A stretch of DNA of 64,000 nucleotides from Camelus dromedarius (lineage: Eukaryota), in assembly GCF_036321535.1 (NCBI RefSeq), contig NC_087437.1:77502001-77566000 (forward strand), in the 5' to 3' direction. Numbering within the stretch: the stretch's first letter is position 1; each line of letters begins with the position of its first letter. This document shows, one piece after another, positions 26,613 through 40,879 of the stretch. A program made the position numbers and the translations under genes. The notes beneath the pieces are model-generated. The model ran no database searches, was not told where the DNA came from, and was given only the letters and a program-made list of their open reading frames with translations.

Positions 26613-26648
26613 ATTAAGCATGAATAATTAAGCATGAATAATTAAGCA
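26613..26648. repeat. 14-bp tandem repeat, about 2.6 copies
   Basis: attaagcatgaata attaagcatgaata attaagca. Confidence 0.9.
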
Positions 26649-27754
26649 GGAAATAAAATTTTCATAAGTTAATACATGATCCTTCTTCCATCATTCTTAT
26701 ATTTAACTCAAATATTAAAAAAAATTTTTTAATTTGAGTTCTTTTATTTCTATTAAGTTTTAAGTGATAGGTATCACCAGGAGAGGAATAATGATTGATT
26801 CTTGTGCTTAGTATATAAAATAAATCCTACAAGTCTTAGGGATAGCAATATATCTATTGGATAACTATTTCACTAAATTTGAGTTATTCATATGGGTAGA
26901 CATGTACAATAATCTTAGCAGTATCTTTAAATGTCTTCTCAAGATTACTATAGTGATTGTTTAGGTACAGCTGAAGACCTGAAGAATTATGCTTTAAAAA
27001 AAAACCAGTGTGTATACTTTAGTGTTGATAAGTAAAAGATTATTAACAGTGCTTGACTTTTAAACAGAGATGCCAGTGACTAGGACTAGACAAGCCAAAA
27101 TCCAAGATGACTTCTTATCTAGACATATGTCAAGTCTAGTTGTGTGAAATCGTATTTAGAAAATGTGATTTACATGGCAGCTCAATTAAAAAACTGCTAT
27201 ACAGCCTATAAATATTTCAGGCCTTTGCTTACATTCTATGTACATATAACATAAAGGGGATTCTTTACCTTTGAGTGAGCATTTAAGACTGGTAGAAATT
27301 AAGTCCTTTGTCAGTATAAATCGGCGGATTAGCCTAATGATATTTTCACAGTTCAGTTCATTGTGCGGTTATCTAAATAAATGTTTTAGAAATTAAATTC
27401 CTTCTGATCCAAATGTGAGTAGGCTACTTTTCATTTAGTATAGTCCAGATTTCTTCTAAAAACCTCTTTTGTTTAGTTTGTTTTAGTATCAGAGAAAATA
27501 CAGAGGATTAAATTTTAAGTTTCCAGTGTAAAAATACTTTGTGAGGTAGGAATACAACTTCTAAGTAGTGTGTTTGATCCTTTATCCATAGTCGTTTACT
27601 TACTCATATTGACAGAGAGAAGAGGGTCCTAGCCTTTCAACTGCTACTCTTGATGATGATAATGAATAATGATAATAATAGTAAGTTGGTGGTGCAACTA
27701 ATACTAGTAATAATGATTAAAATTTAACACATGCTTGCTTTGTGTCCATTTCCT

Positions 27755-28200
27755 AAGCCAGTTAATTTACTGCTGGGTATCAGACTGCCGTAAAACTTAG
27801 TAGCTTAGTTCAAACAACAACAATTACTTTTTGCTCTGATTTTCTGGGTCAGCTTCTATTTTATGTGGTGTTGGCTGGGATGTTGGTTCAGCTGGAAAGT
27901 CCAGTGGCCTCACTCACATGCCCAGCATTTGTTGGTGCCTTGCAGCTGGGGACTCACTGGGGCCTTTCTGCATGACTGCTTGGGTTTCCTCATACCATGA
28001 CCACTAAGTTCCAAGGTGCAAAGGCAGACACTGCAAATCTCTTAGGGCCTAGCCTCAAAATTTACACAGTGTAATTTCTGCCACATTGTGTTGATCAGAG
28101 CAAGGCTTAGGCCAGCCTAGGTACAAGGGGAGGGGAAATAGACTCTACTCCATGGTGGAAAGAGTGGCAAAGAGTTTTTGGCCACCTGTAATCCTGCACA
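27755..28200. mobile_element. MLT1-family solo LTR inserted in a MIR
   Basis: aaaacttagtagctta...ttctgccacattgtgttgatcagagcaag...ggccagcctaggtacaaggggaggggaaatagactctac...ends in caca. MIR core resumes at about 28200. Confidence 0.8.
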
Positions 28201-28350
28201 AATCCTGTAAGTGCTGTTGTAATTCATTTTTTAAAGATGAGGGAACTAAGGCTTAGAGGGGTTAACTTAGTGCCCAGAGTCATTCAGTTACTAAGTGGTT
28301 TAAGCTCAAGCTTAGGTAGATTTGGCTTTAGTGCTGAAACTTTTAATTCT
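28201..28350 (-). mobile_element. MIR SINE (distal half)
   Basis: aatcctgtaag...agatgagggaactaaggcttagaggggttaacttagtgcccagagtca. Confidence 0.75.
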
Positions 28351-31300
28351 TGTTGTATTCGGCCTTCAGGGTGTAGGCAGATGAGATCTGTTTGTTTTCC
28401 TACGCCAAAACCACTGTCTTAAGGATGGTTTTATTGGTGTGAGGGTTATTCCATTTGCAATCAGACTAAAATAGTAAAGGGATTTGATTCATATTATTGA
28501 TCAGCCATGGTGTGGTAAATATCACAGGCTCCCTGAATAAGGATATTCATAACTCTTGGTTGAGGTGAAAGTTAAAATTATTAGATACGATGTTGGCCTG
28601 TGCTTGCTACATATATTAGCACATTTCCTTACCGAGAACAAATAAATAAAATCAACTTTTTAAACTGTAAGTTTCTTATTGAGCATATGCTGTTCTAGTA
28701 GTGTACATTTTTCATATGGTTTCAGTATTCTAATGTTTACTATTCATTAACATGAAAAACAGAGCCTTTAAATTGTCTTTTTGTTATTTCTGCTGCTTTG
28801 TGGTTTTGTTTTGAGAGCCAGTGTTATTCAAGTATTTTTCTTTGTTGAAAAGAAAAAAGTCAGAGATGCCTATTATGGTAATGAACAAAATAAAAATTAA
28901 GGCTTCCAAATACACTAAAGAATTTGTATACTTAATGTAATTTCAATTTTCTATGTCTGATTCTTCTATCCTGAGTTTAAGATTTCTGCAATCTCAGACC
29001 GAGGTATATTGAGGAAAGTCTGTAAACGGAAAATGTTATATAGCACGCTTTACTTAATTAATTGTAAGTCGTGAAATAGACTCATAGTTTTGTGTAAAGC
29101 ATGCGGACCTTTTAGTGCCAGAGCTAGCTAGTCATCTCCTCCTGGCCAGAAGAGAAGTGATGACAGCCCCACAGAATGTTATGGGACCTCAAATTACGTA
29201 CCGCAGTCTCCTCATGTTGTAGAGGAAAGAACTTTGGATAAGAGAAGCTTTCGGCTCTTTTTCATTTCATGGAGCGATGAGGCACGCAGAGCTGTGTCTA
29301 GAGCCCGGTGCTGCCAGGGCAGGGCCCTTGCTTTCCTCCCCTGTATCCCAGTGTTTCCTTAACGAGGCTTGTTATTGGAAATGTGGAAACCACTTGTCTG
29401 CAAGGTCCTATCAGCACCACTCGGCTACAGAGTAAGTTGCCTCCAGTTCAGCATGTGCCGGTTAAAGAAAGTCTTAGACCTTAAAAAAATTTTTTTTGAA
29501 GTATATCTGTTATTGTTGCTATATTCAGAAAGTTAAAGAAGTTTGTAAGTGGCCCAAAGAAATTGCACTGGTAACAACTATTACAGCCATGTTTTTCTAT
29601 GGTTATTTTATCTTTTTTTCATTTTGAAAGAAAAAATATTCCAAGATAGTCGTTCTTACTGCTTAGAGAAATAAACAAAAAAGCATTTCTCTCTTGTTAA
29701 TTGCAAAGAAATAATTGCCTCACCCATTTGAATAAAGATAATTTTAAATTAACCCTGAGGAAGAGATGGAATAAATGTCATGATTTTAGTTTTCTTGTCA
29801 GTGTATGAGGACCAGAGGCATGAGCTGGCTCTTTTCTCTGTGGCTCATTTTGTCCTCCGTTTGTTCTACTTCAAGGGAGCAGGGCTGACCTGGGACAAAG
29901 GTATCAATAGGGAAAATTTCCAGAGTTAAAGGCGGAAGTAACTGCCAGGGAACGAGTAATGTGATGGGAAACTATGTTATGCTTCCTTAGAAAGTATGAC
30001 AAATGTGTCCACATTTACTTGAGATTCTGGAAACTTCACATACAGCATATACCATTAATTTCCTTTAGCTCACTATTACTGTATTTTGCCATTGACAAAG
30101 GAAAAAAGATAGGGAGAGGAAAAAAAATCTTAGAACTCACAGAGCAAAAAATTTTTTTTTCCTAATTTAGAGTCAAACTCCATATTTTTAATTCTCTCTT
30201 AAAATAACTTTTGGTAGAATTCCTTTTCATCAAGGTAGTGTGTCTATAAGCTATTCTTATATACTGCCTCTATCTCTCTGTTCATTAACACAGTTTTAGG
30301 ATCAGGAGTTCTTTCTTATTTATAGTTCTTTAAATATTTTTATGTCTAAGTAGCTGTTACAATTATAGTAAGACTTTCTCCTCTTCAGCAGAGACTTTTG
30401 CTCTGATAGAGGTGAAAAGCAATGTGCATATAGAATGACTGTGGTGCTCTTCAGAGAAAACTTTGTGCTGTGGCAGGTAATGTGAAGTGGTGGAAGTGAT
30501 GTGTCCCCTAATTCCTGGTAGCTGACATCCGGGAAGGGGGGTGGAAAAGATACCAAGGTAGTACTTTGACATAAAATGGTGCCAGTGAAACTTCAACAGG
30601 CTGAGGTGTAGGAACTCTTGAACCAGTGAGGAAAAAGAGATGGATTAACCCAAGGTGTGGATCAGGAAAGAGCAGACCATTCCGATGGGTGTGAGAAACG
30701 GAGGAGCGGTAACGTGGTCCCATGGACAGGAGAAATCCTTGAAAAAAAGATTATTTTGGGAAAACTTTAAACTATATTCTACTGGGTAAAAATTAAGACA
30801 ACCTATCCTTGAAGTGTAAAAGTGATAAAAAAAAAAAAAACAGTGGAGTAGGGAATGTAACAAGTAAAAATAATTTAAAATTTTCATAAGAAATAATAAA
30901 TACTAATTGACATAATTCAGATTGCTACTTCACTATAATTTTTTTTTTTTTTGATGATCTGCTGGAAATTGCAAAGAACAAAAGTGACTCTAGGTTATTG
31001 AAAACTATGTTGCTTCAAGGTCAAGTTTGTTGATAAGACTCTTCTTTTATCAAATTACCCAGGGTCATAAAAGTATAGTTTGAACTTCTAATGTTTCTTT
31101 TTGTTTTGAAAAAGAATCTGACAAAGTCAAACAAAGAAAGCAAAGTTTTACTATCGTTGCTTCTATATGACTTTCACCCTATTGATGACTTTCCACATAA
31201 TTCACAGAAGTTTCATTGTATTTTATCTTAAATAAAAAGGAATACAGGAATAGATCTTTTCTTTTCTCTCTCAAGTAATAGACTGGTCTACATTTTTAAG

Positions 31301-32189
31301 ATTTACTTTACAAAAGAATACTTGTTACAAGTTAGGTTTAATCAAAAGAAATTCAATACTAAAGACAAAAGTGTTTTCTCTATTGAAGTAGATATTGTTA
31401 AGCTTTTGAACAAGATGAAAGTACCAGTGATCATATCATACAAAAATAGCTTCTCATAATAAATTTTCTGTATGAAACTATTTGTTGAAATCATCAAAGG
31501 GATGTTGTTAATCTTTCTTTGGCATTGCTGCAAAGTTAAAATAGCTGACATTTTTAAAGATTATTTGGAAAGCTTTATTAAATATACTGAGATACGGCTT
31601 GTTGTAGTCCTTTTTTTCCATGCAAACTCCTGTCATAGTCATAGGAAACTTCAAAATCCACGTGAATGATCCCATTCAACCTTGGAATTATCTAGTTCCT
31701 CACCTAATTCACCTTTACTTTACTGTTCCTACCCATTGCAGGGCCACATTCTGGTCGGAACTATATCCATCACCCGAGAAATTCTAAACTCCCCTGTCTG
31801 ACTGATTACTGCCTTTGTGCTGATTCTCTTTCAACTTTATTCCTGCTGTGTTGCTCTGTCCCTTTGCCAGTCCCTAAGCCCCTTAGATTCAGTAAGAGTA
31901 GGATTGTGTTATCTTCATCTTTGTATCATCAGTGCCTTCCTGGACCAAGCCTAGTAGCCATTCAGTCGAGATTTGCAGAATAAATGACTGAAATGGATTC
32001 ATTAAATACTCGCCCATTGTTTACTGTGGGATTATAAAAGGCCACCATGACAATTGATGGTCTTAATAAGGTGAGAGTATTGATTTTTACCTTATTTAGA
32101 TGGCCATTGGTTTACATGACAAGAGTATTACATGAGGAAAAGAAGACTATCAGGATACTTATATTTTTAAACAGAAGTGATAGGTAGAA

Positions 32190-32425
32190 TTAATAAATAG
32201 CTTATATTTATTGAGAGTTTTTAAACATAGGTGTGTTAGGCTCTTACCTTCATACCTTATTTACTCCTCATAACAATTCTGTGAGACAGGAATTTTTATT
32301 TAAAATTTTTAGAAATGAGGAAGCTGATTCAGAGAGAGAAGTTAAGTAACTTGTTAAGACTACCAGCAGAGTAAGGAGATGAACCCAGTGTGCCCTATCA
32401 AACTTCAGGGCCAAACTCTTTAATA
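32190..32425 (-). mobile_element. MIR SINE
   Basis: aataaatagcttatatttattgag...ttactcctcataacaattctgtgagacagg...aaatgaggaagctga...gttaagtaacttg. Confidence 0.8.
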
Positions 32426-32573
32426 TAGGATAGTAGAAAAATTAAGCAGAATATCTTTTGAATATTTCCTGGGAACTTGTCAGTGGATATTATGTTTGAC
32501 CATGACAGGGATATTTCATGTTTTGGTTATGTTTATGTAAAGCATTTGTAGATTGTCCGTTCAAAGCTATTTA

Positions 32574-32780
32574 CTTATTTTTTATTGAAGGATAGTCAGT
32601 TTACAATGTTGTGTCCATTTCTGGTGTACAGCACAATAGTTCAGTCATATAGGAACATACATATATTCGTTTTCATATTCTTTTTCACCATAGGTGACTA
32701 CAACATATTGAACATAGTTCTCTGTGCTATACAGTATAAACTTGTTTATCTGTTTTATGTGTATTGACTAGTATCTGCAA
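32574..32780 (-). mobile_element. Younger L1 3'-end insertion (about 200 bp) with TSD
   Basis: tttttattgaaggatagtcagtttacaatgttgtg...tagtatctgcaa; TSD caaagctattta at 32562-32573 and 32778-32789. Confidence 0.9.
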
Positions 32781-34150
32781 AGCTATTTATTTTAGAAAGC
32801 AAATTTATTTACCCTGAAAGCATCAAGTTTATCTGGCAGGACAACCTCTCGCTCTTAATAGACCTTTGTATGCAACACATAATAGAGTATACTGCAGAGG
32901 TCAAAGGATGCCCAGGGTTCGTCTTTTCCAGCCGCAGTTTCATGCCTTGGTCTCCCTAGCCATGTTAGTGGTGGATGGTTTGTTCTTTAACAAAAGAAAA
33001 GACTCTTCCTTGGTTACCTATTTTCATGGAGCTTTTGGACTGACATAGTTTGCCAAACCCTTTTAAAGTGAGCGGTTCAGTGGAGTAACACGGAGCAGCT
33101 TGCAAACTTGTGCTACTGCCTGTGTCTCAGGTTAGAATGTCTCAGCTCACACTTGGCTTCTCTTAATGACATGGGGTAGACTCTGAGTCTTTGTTGAAAT
33201 TTGGAGTATTAAAAACTTTAAAGTGCTTGGGCAGGGGAATGGGTAAGATCCAGTTTTACTTAAGGCTCTCAGACTTAATAATAATCTCTGTTCCCAAGAA
33301 GGGGAAATGAAAGGTAAGGCTTACATCAGCCTAGGATCCTCACTTTTTTCGGAATCAAACTGTTCCCAAGGTCAGAAACAGTGTGAAGTGACACTCTGAA
33401 CCTATCTTGGAGAGCGCTGCATCAGAAATGGAGTGAATGGAAATTGTTCTTTAACTGGACGTGCGTCTCATTTTAAGTACCACCGTTTGTTTTACATGCT
33501 GCCTTTCTCTTTATGTTGAATTTGTTTCACCTTGTAAAGATTAAGAAGCACATGTTCTAGCTTTTAAGTGTTAGCATTGAATTACTAATAGTTTGGAGAT
33601 ATAAAAAAAATGGTCTTCCACTTCTACCAAAAACAGTAGATTCTCACAAACTTTGGAACTCACTGATATAAAGTGTCATTTCAAGTTTTTCACTAATTCA
33701 GCATTTAAAGCTTTTTATTCCTTCCTTGACTTATGACACAATGGTTTCTTGAGTTGAGAAAATGCAAGGACTATATGCGGTCTAATTAGACTACATTCTT
33801 TGTGTCTTCTATACTTAAGCAGCTACTAATCAAATCTTGATGTTTTGTTTAGTCATCATTTGTCAAGTTCATCACCTCAAGATGGCTGTAGTTAATGCAT
33901 TGTCCCCACTATATATTGTATCATAATAATGTATTCATGTCTTTTTCTCCCATATTGTGGGAGAAATTTTTAAAGGGTAGAATTGTGTCATCCTACATCG
34001 TTTTGTGTACCTCCAGTCTCCTTATGATGTTGGCTGTAGACACCTTGAGCTACTAAGACTTACTCATAAACAGTGAAGCTCCATCATTTCCAGCTGCATA
34101 TTCTGTGCAGTAATGTAACTTGAATTTTGGAGAAATTGACTCATACTACC

Positions 34151-34287
34151 TTTTTGTGTTTTGTGTGTGTGAAGGGGTGAGGGGGTAATTAGGTTTATTT
34201 ATTTATTTTAAAGGGGGTACTGGGGATTGAACCTAGTACCTCATGCATGCTAAGCATGTGCTCTACCACTGAGCTATACCCTCCCCC
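34151..34287 (-). mobile_element. tRNA-derived SINE (camelid-type), near full length
   Basis: gggggtaattaggtttatttattt...ggtactggggattgaacctag (reverse B-box)...ctctaccactgagctatac (reverse A-box). TSD gaYtcatact at 34138-34147 and 34288-34297. Confidence 0.9.
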
Positions 34288-37114
34288 GATTCATACTGTT
34301 TTAAAGAAAGACCGTGTTAGGTGATTGAATCCAAGATAAAAGAGGTAACCTTGCTTCTTAGGTGTTATTCTTGACATTGCTGATACATTTCTTATGCTTC
34401 AAAAAAAAAAAGAAAGAAAGAAAAAGAAAAGATAGTTTTCTTCGTCTTCCCCCTCTCCTTTGTCTTTACTCCTCTCTCCCTCCCTCTTCTTTAAGGCTCC
34501 TCTAATACATGAACATCTTTACTGGTTTACCCAGTATTAACATATAGAAGCTACTTTTTGATGACCTAGTATATCAGAATACTTTTTCTCCAAAATTATT
34601 TCTCATAAACAGAATCTCCCTCAAAACACATTTAAGAAATGGCTTAGCTTGTGATGGTTAATGGGAGATAAGTGGTGGTAACTAGTCAAAATAAGGTATC
34701 TCTTATATTGAAAGCATTGCAAAGTTTCTTGTAAATGTAGTTAAAGTTATGTTCAGAAGATTTTTGAGTCTTTGTAGATAAACTTTATTTTCTTCATTGT
34801 GTTGGGGTAAGGGACGTTTAGTATAGAACTGTGTTCTTAGTTAGGTGCTTCAGATCCTTTATTAAGCAGTCATCATTTTTGGTCCTATGATGAGGGGCAA
34901 TCAAGTGGCCAAGGGAAAATTGGCCAAGTATGGAAAAATATTCTAATAGGGAAAAAAGCTCATCCATAAAGTTGTGTGGTTGTTGCCTTTCCTCTATGTC
35001 GGGATAATTAGAGATGACTGTATTCTTGGATTTTATTTTCAAAATTTGAGGTTATTTGTTTTTTAAATGGGTATCCAAAAGTACAGAGTCAGGAGGGGAA
35101 TTAAAGTGTGTAATAAAGCAAAATATAGTAAACAAAAAACTCCCACATAGTCATATAAAAGACAAAACCTATTTGCTATGACAATAAATTTAAATGACAT
35201 CAGCTAGTAGAATTGGCTGTCAGTTCTTTTCATATCTTGGTGTGGATTGCAGCCTTTGTAAACCAGTCTTTCAAAGAATGGATTTCCAAAATAATCATTT
35301 ACATGTGTATGGTGTGTGTTTTTATAAATTAGATATAAACTAAATATAAACATTCTAGTATATGTGACAAATAGGGTAACATAAAACTGTTACATTCACA
35401 TATTTTTAAGAACTTGAATTTCATTTTCTTTAAAAATCTTTTCATTACCTTAGTTTATGCAAAAAGTCAAATAAAAATGTGGTTATCTGCTTGTAGGAAT
35501 AAGAAAATGTAACTATACATGCAGTATAATTGCACAGTGATTAGTTATATGGGTACTAGGGATTACTCGTGCTTCTAGACTGTAAGTTACAACGGTGAGA
35601 TGTCACTATTTGTTTTAAAGGTTGGTGCCTGCAGAGCCAGTGGGTCAGATATGCAAGAGGGGTGATCACTGGCATTGTGCTTTAGGCTTTAGATCTAACA
35701 AATAAAAATGAAAAGCAGTTGGATATGATCAAAGAACAAAGAAACAAGGGGATGGAAATCAACCAATTCAGAAATAAGGAACAGTTGGTTTACCCTAATT
35801 ACTGCCATCTTGATTTTTCTCTTTCCTTTGTATGAATCAATTGGAAGTTTGGTGGAAAATTAACTCTTTTGCCTAATTATAGAAGTAAAATTTGTTGCAG
35901 ATTTTCTAAAGTGACTCTGTTTTTCCTTGAACTCAAATTTCAAGTCAGTTGCAGTTTGTATTGGCCACAGTTCTTTCCTTTGATGTAGTTCATCAGCTCA
36001 CTTTTCATTTCGTAAGACTGAATTTCTTGTATCTCCCATCATCTAAATGAGGATGTGTTGACGTAAACGAGAGGATCAAAGATTCAGCTCATTAAAGATG
36101 TTTTACCTTTGAATTAGGCTGAGTTGTGTGGGAATGTGACCACATCTGAGAAAATGATGAGTATTAACGTGTAACCATAATAATTTTGTATATTGTTTAT
36201 TATTGCCATTCAAACACTAAAATAAGGCCTGAGTTCTGACCCCTCTTTCTCATAAATCTTCTCATAGATAGTAAAGGTTATGGAAATGGGAACTTTTTGG
36301 TTTTCCAGTAGCGGTGAATTTTTTGAGATTTTATACTTTATTGCTTTCTCCTCATTCTGACTTCTCCCATTTTTTATCATGAGAACCTTCATTTATTCTG
36401 TATTCTGTAGAAAGTTACATGTTTCTTTTTCATTGACTTTACTGAGAGGTGCATATTATATGATTTCTTTGGTACCTAACAGGTTTTTTTGCTTGTTATT
36501 TGAGAGTCAATAAACACAGGTACATGAATAAAAATGAGGAAAATAACGACAACTTTCAGTGTCAAAGGCCTGCTGAAACATTGTATGGGTTTTATATGCA
36601 TTACAGATTTGATGTCTTTCTCTGTTTTCCCTCTGTATTTACTCTGAGTGCTAATGTAATTGCTTCCCCTTCCCCTACTCCTCTTAGCACATGCGCAAAA
36701 GCAGCTGAAGCTTAGAAATAGAAAAATATTATATATGTACTTACTGTGTTCTGGTGATTCTGAATAAACAAGAATATAAAGAGGCAAAGCATTTTATGTT
36801 TCAGTTGCTTCCTTACTGTCTGGCACTAGCAGTGTTGGACTGATTAACATAATTAATGTTGTAAACTTAGGAGAAGCTAAGAAGGAATGCATATGATACT
36901 GTTGTTTTAAAATATGAAGCCTGTTTGGAAGCATGTTTTAAATCATGTCGGGATCCCCAGAACTTACCATGAAAATTAGAATGGAGACAACACCTACATT
37001 TCCATCCATTCCAAACCATTTTTTTCGTACCTACATAACTTTTTCTTTCTGAAACAGAGATTTGGTCATTCCCTAAATCTTTTAACTCCATTTTGGCTCC
37101 TTATTCCTTATAGG

Positions 37115-37270
37115 GGTAGCTTTTGATTGAGGGGACTGCATCAGAATCACCCAGGGAGATTCTAAAATACACACATACCTGAAACCTCCCTACTGGGTTC
37201 TGTCTGAAACCTCTCATCAGAAACTCTGATTTGTAGATAGAAGTGATGAGTGTACTTTTTGAAACCTTTG
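37115..37270. mobile_element. MER5-family fragment
   Basis: actgcatcagaatcacccagggagattctaaaatacaca...aaactctgatt. Confidence 0.55.
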
Positions 37271-37859
37271 TTCATTGGCTCGGATGCCTCCTTAGGTCAT
37301 GTCCCAGCTGAACTGTCTCATCCTGTCTTGTGCTGTTTCCTCCACGCACCTTTGCTCTGCTCTGGCCTTGTGGAACCCCATACCTCTGCACTTCTGCCCA
37401 TTGCCGTTGCTGCTGCCCAGAGTGCCTCCTTCCCTTCCCTCCTCTCCACTCCAGGTCTTTCATACGTCAAACAACTACTTCTCTCCTAGATTCTCCTCCA
37501 GTGACACATCTGTCCTTATCCTCCCATGTAGAAAGCAGGCACTCTGTCTTTTGTGTTTAGCATTTATATTTGTGAGTTTTTTAGTGTCCATCTCTCCTAT
37601 TAAACTACCTACTTTATGTTATACATGTTTATATTAAATAAGTACATGGATGACTAATAGAAACCCTGTTAGGACTTTATATATATAGTTCTTAAGAGTA
37701 TTGTTTTTAAGGGCTTTATGAGGTTGAGGTTTGTGACCAATCACCAAGACCAAGGTTGATCTTGTACATAATTTTGTTTTTTCATAATGTATTTCCCATG
37801 AAAACCTATATGCGTATATATTTACTTTTTTCTTCCTTCCTCCCCCCTTGTATCTTCAG

Positions 37860-38006
37860 GCGGAATCTCACAAAACTGTCCCTTATCTTCAGTCACATGC
37901 TGGCAGAAATCAAAGCAATCTTCCCCAATGGGCAGTTCCAGGGAGATAATTTTCGTATCACGAAAGCAGATGCTGCTGAATTCTGGAGGAAGTTCTTTGG
38001 AGACAA
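37860..38006 (+). CDS. CBLB: CBLB coding exon (probable exon 4, 147 bp): end of TKB 4-helix bundle and linker
   Basis: Polypyrimidine tract then tcttcag|G; translates (R)[48 protein letters not shown](K); donor AA|gtaagt. Lies within ORF 37756..38010. Confidence 0.98.
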
Positions 38007-40879
38007 GTAAGTGCAGATCATTTTAGAGTTTGGATCTGTGTCTGAAGAATGACCTGGACTTGCATGGTGTAGACAGTATAGATTTTACCTCGGTATTTTG
38101 AGAATATACTGGAGTGCTTTTGAGCTTTTGATGTGTTTTTGATTGCTTTTTTTTTTCCTGTTTAGCCATCAGAAGTATACCTCAGTAACTGAGTAATTTT
38201 GTTTTACCAAGTAAATATTAGTTGTATGACATTTATTTATTTGATGAACATCCATTGAGTTCAGTAGTTTGCTCTAAGAAGCAGAGGTACGTAAGAGTGC
38301 ACAGGAAAAGCTCATGAATTTTTTTTTTTTTTTTTTTACAGCTTAGCACATACATAAAGCACAGATACAAAGTAAAAGGCAGAAAGGGATAGATACTTTG
38401 AAAAATGGCCCAAATAAATTGTCCTGACAATTCAGACAAAGGAACCGTTGCTTCAGGAATGCAGGAATTAGGGACTGCTTCCTAGAGGAAGCTTGATTAA
38501 GATCCAAAATTGAAGTGGGGAAAGGCCTTAGCACTGGGATTCAGGTTCCCTGTGTATCATTACACAGGAAGTATACATGTGTGAACAAGATACAGAAATG
38601 AAGATCGTGTTATAACCAACTTGCATTATCTCACAAACTAGCTAAAGACGTTTTCCTTTAGGTACTTCCTATCCAGACACAAACCCAGGTGAGCTTGGTA
38701 AATAATAGGAATTAAATATCTGAAGTCAGCATAACTTAAAACTTGGCAAAACTTTTGTCGGAAATCTCTCAGTAAGATGATTAAGAGGCAAATGGTTTCT
38801 TCAGTAACCTTTTAAGGGTTCCCTTTGATGGGAGAGCTTCCTTAGAATGTCCTTGAATATAGACAGAACCCTGGTGGAGCATTAAGGAGAAAGAGTGATT
38901 ACTTACACATAGATTATTGTTTTTATCCTGTAGTTAAATTCTATATTTATGCATTAGCTGATGAAATAAGACATACCATATTGGCATACACTTCTGATGG
39001 TTTTAATCCTTCAACACTGATGAATTAACCATAACATTAGGTTTCCCCCTTTTTTTTTCCTTTACGAATCACTGTGTTTATCTATAGCTACCACTATGAT
39101 TAGGATATGCTTACACTGAGCAATGCGCACTTAGTAGAAATACAACTTTTTGACTTCAAAAATATTGAAGTCTTCTTACCACTTCTTAAGTAAAATGTAA
39201 TCTGAATTATTTTTAGGCACTAAGGGATATTATTACCTTTAACACAGACAGTCTGCATTCCAGAGATCTAGCTATTTATATAACGCTCTTCTATCTACTC
39301 ACAAATAAGGAATTGAAAAAAGAAAAGATTCATCCTCATCTGAATTCAACTAACAGCCAAGAGTATAATAACTAAATATTTGTAAGTGGTAGCAAAAGCA
39401 GAAAAGGATTGCAGGGTTCTGGGAACAAGAACTGAGAGGATTTCTTGAAGTTACAGCCCATATATTAACACCCTGAGCCTAATGCAAACAGTTGGTAACC
39501 TTCAAAATAAACTTTATCTTTAAAGTTTATAAGAAAATCTATCCAACAAATTACTTGTGTTATTTCTTTTTGAAAACTGAAAATTCTGGTGAGTTACAAG
39601 ATGGTTTGCTTGTCAAAAGGTCAGTAAAAATTGGGACAATTGCTGACACGTTTTTCAAGAGAGGTGGTTTTGCTGGCAGCTCAAGCCACAGAGAATTACG
39701 CATTTGAGACATCTTTACTTCCCTTTATTTATAACCAAAGACATCAAGGGGCTGAAATTTCTGTCCAACTGCTACCTGAGTAAAATCACTACTAAATCAA
39801 ATGGGGGATTCTTGAAATGCCTATTAAATACTCTCCCTACTTTCCAAACCCTTGTACCCTTGTCTCTTCTCTTTGCTTACTTGAGAAAGCTTCTTAATTC
39901 ATCTTGTAAGATTTTTATTTTGGGGATGAAAGCCAAATTTAAAGCTCCTTCTGGATCTCAGACATATTTCTGTAGTCACCAAAATTAACTTTATTAGATC
40001 ATTAGAGAAACCATCTTTTAGTCTTCCATGGGTTTTCCACCTCAGAGTTCCACAATATTTTTTGAATGAACGGATGAATGAATAATGCAGCCTTTTAAAA
40101 GGATGAATTCTTTTATCTTCCTTATGCTCTAATACTAGTCTGTGTTTTTGCATAACTTAGTTCTCATACAGAAGCATGCCTGTTATTTATCTTACTACAT
40201 ATTGAGGCCATGTGAGAATGCTTTCATTTGACCCAACCAGTGCCTTTAAACTTGAAAGCAGTATTGTTTCCAAAAACAGAACCACTGAGAGGTTAGTTCT
40301 AAGAACAGCCAAGCAGATTATGATTTTTATAAAGCAGCTCTTAAGGAGTTATCAGCAAGAACAAAACATTAGGATTGAGTTAAAACTGGGAAAGACTTAT
40401 ATTGTTCAAAGGGCTTGGTAGAGCTCCTAAAGGCAGTTTTCAGAGTCAGACCTAAAAAGCAGGCCACAGACAAAACTCTCTGGGTGTCATACGCCTAATG
40501 CCTCATTTCTGTGCGTCTCAACCTTTCTGAAGTCATGGCCGGGCCAGCCTCTCTGCTCAAGACCCGAGCCCAGCTGCCAAGTGGTTTTGCCTGCCTGGAG
40601 TCCCGACGGGATCGGTAACACATCATGTGTCTGGGTAAACTGGTTGGGAAGTTCTTTAGTTGTTAGATCTTTATGCGAAGTTATTGAATGTTTTAATAGT
40701 TCTGCTTTTGCTTTCTTAGTCTGTTGACCAGGAGGTAGTAAAAATAGGTAGGAAAAGAGAAGTGGCATTATTGAATAAATATGTCTAAATTCTGCAAAGT
40801 GAGACCAATACCAAACTGAATCTTCACACTTAGGATTAATAGTTTATAATCCAGAAACTTTAAGGATGAGGCTCAAAAA

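Noticed and set aside
27118..27140. Short palindrome around gacatatgtc flanked by ctag
   Set aside because: Too short to exceed chance in 64 kb; no miRNA-length hairpin.
34215..34287. tRNA gene (A and B boxes on the minus strand)
   Set aside because: It is the head of a SINE with an AT-rich tail and TSD, not a cloverleaf tRNA.
37756..37859. N-terminal extension of the ORF containing the first exon (likewise 55054-55154 and 55312-55428)
   Set aside because: Intronic read-through across polypyrimidine tracts and donors; Cbl homology stops exactly at the AG/GT sites.
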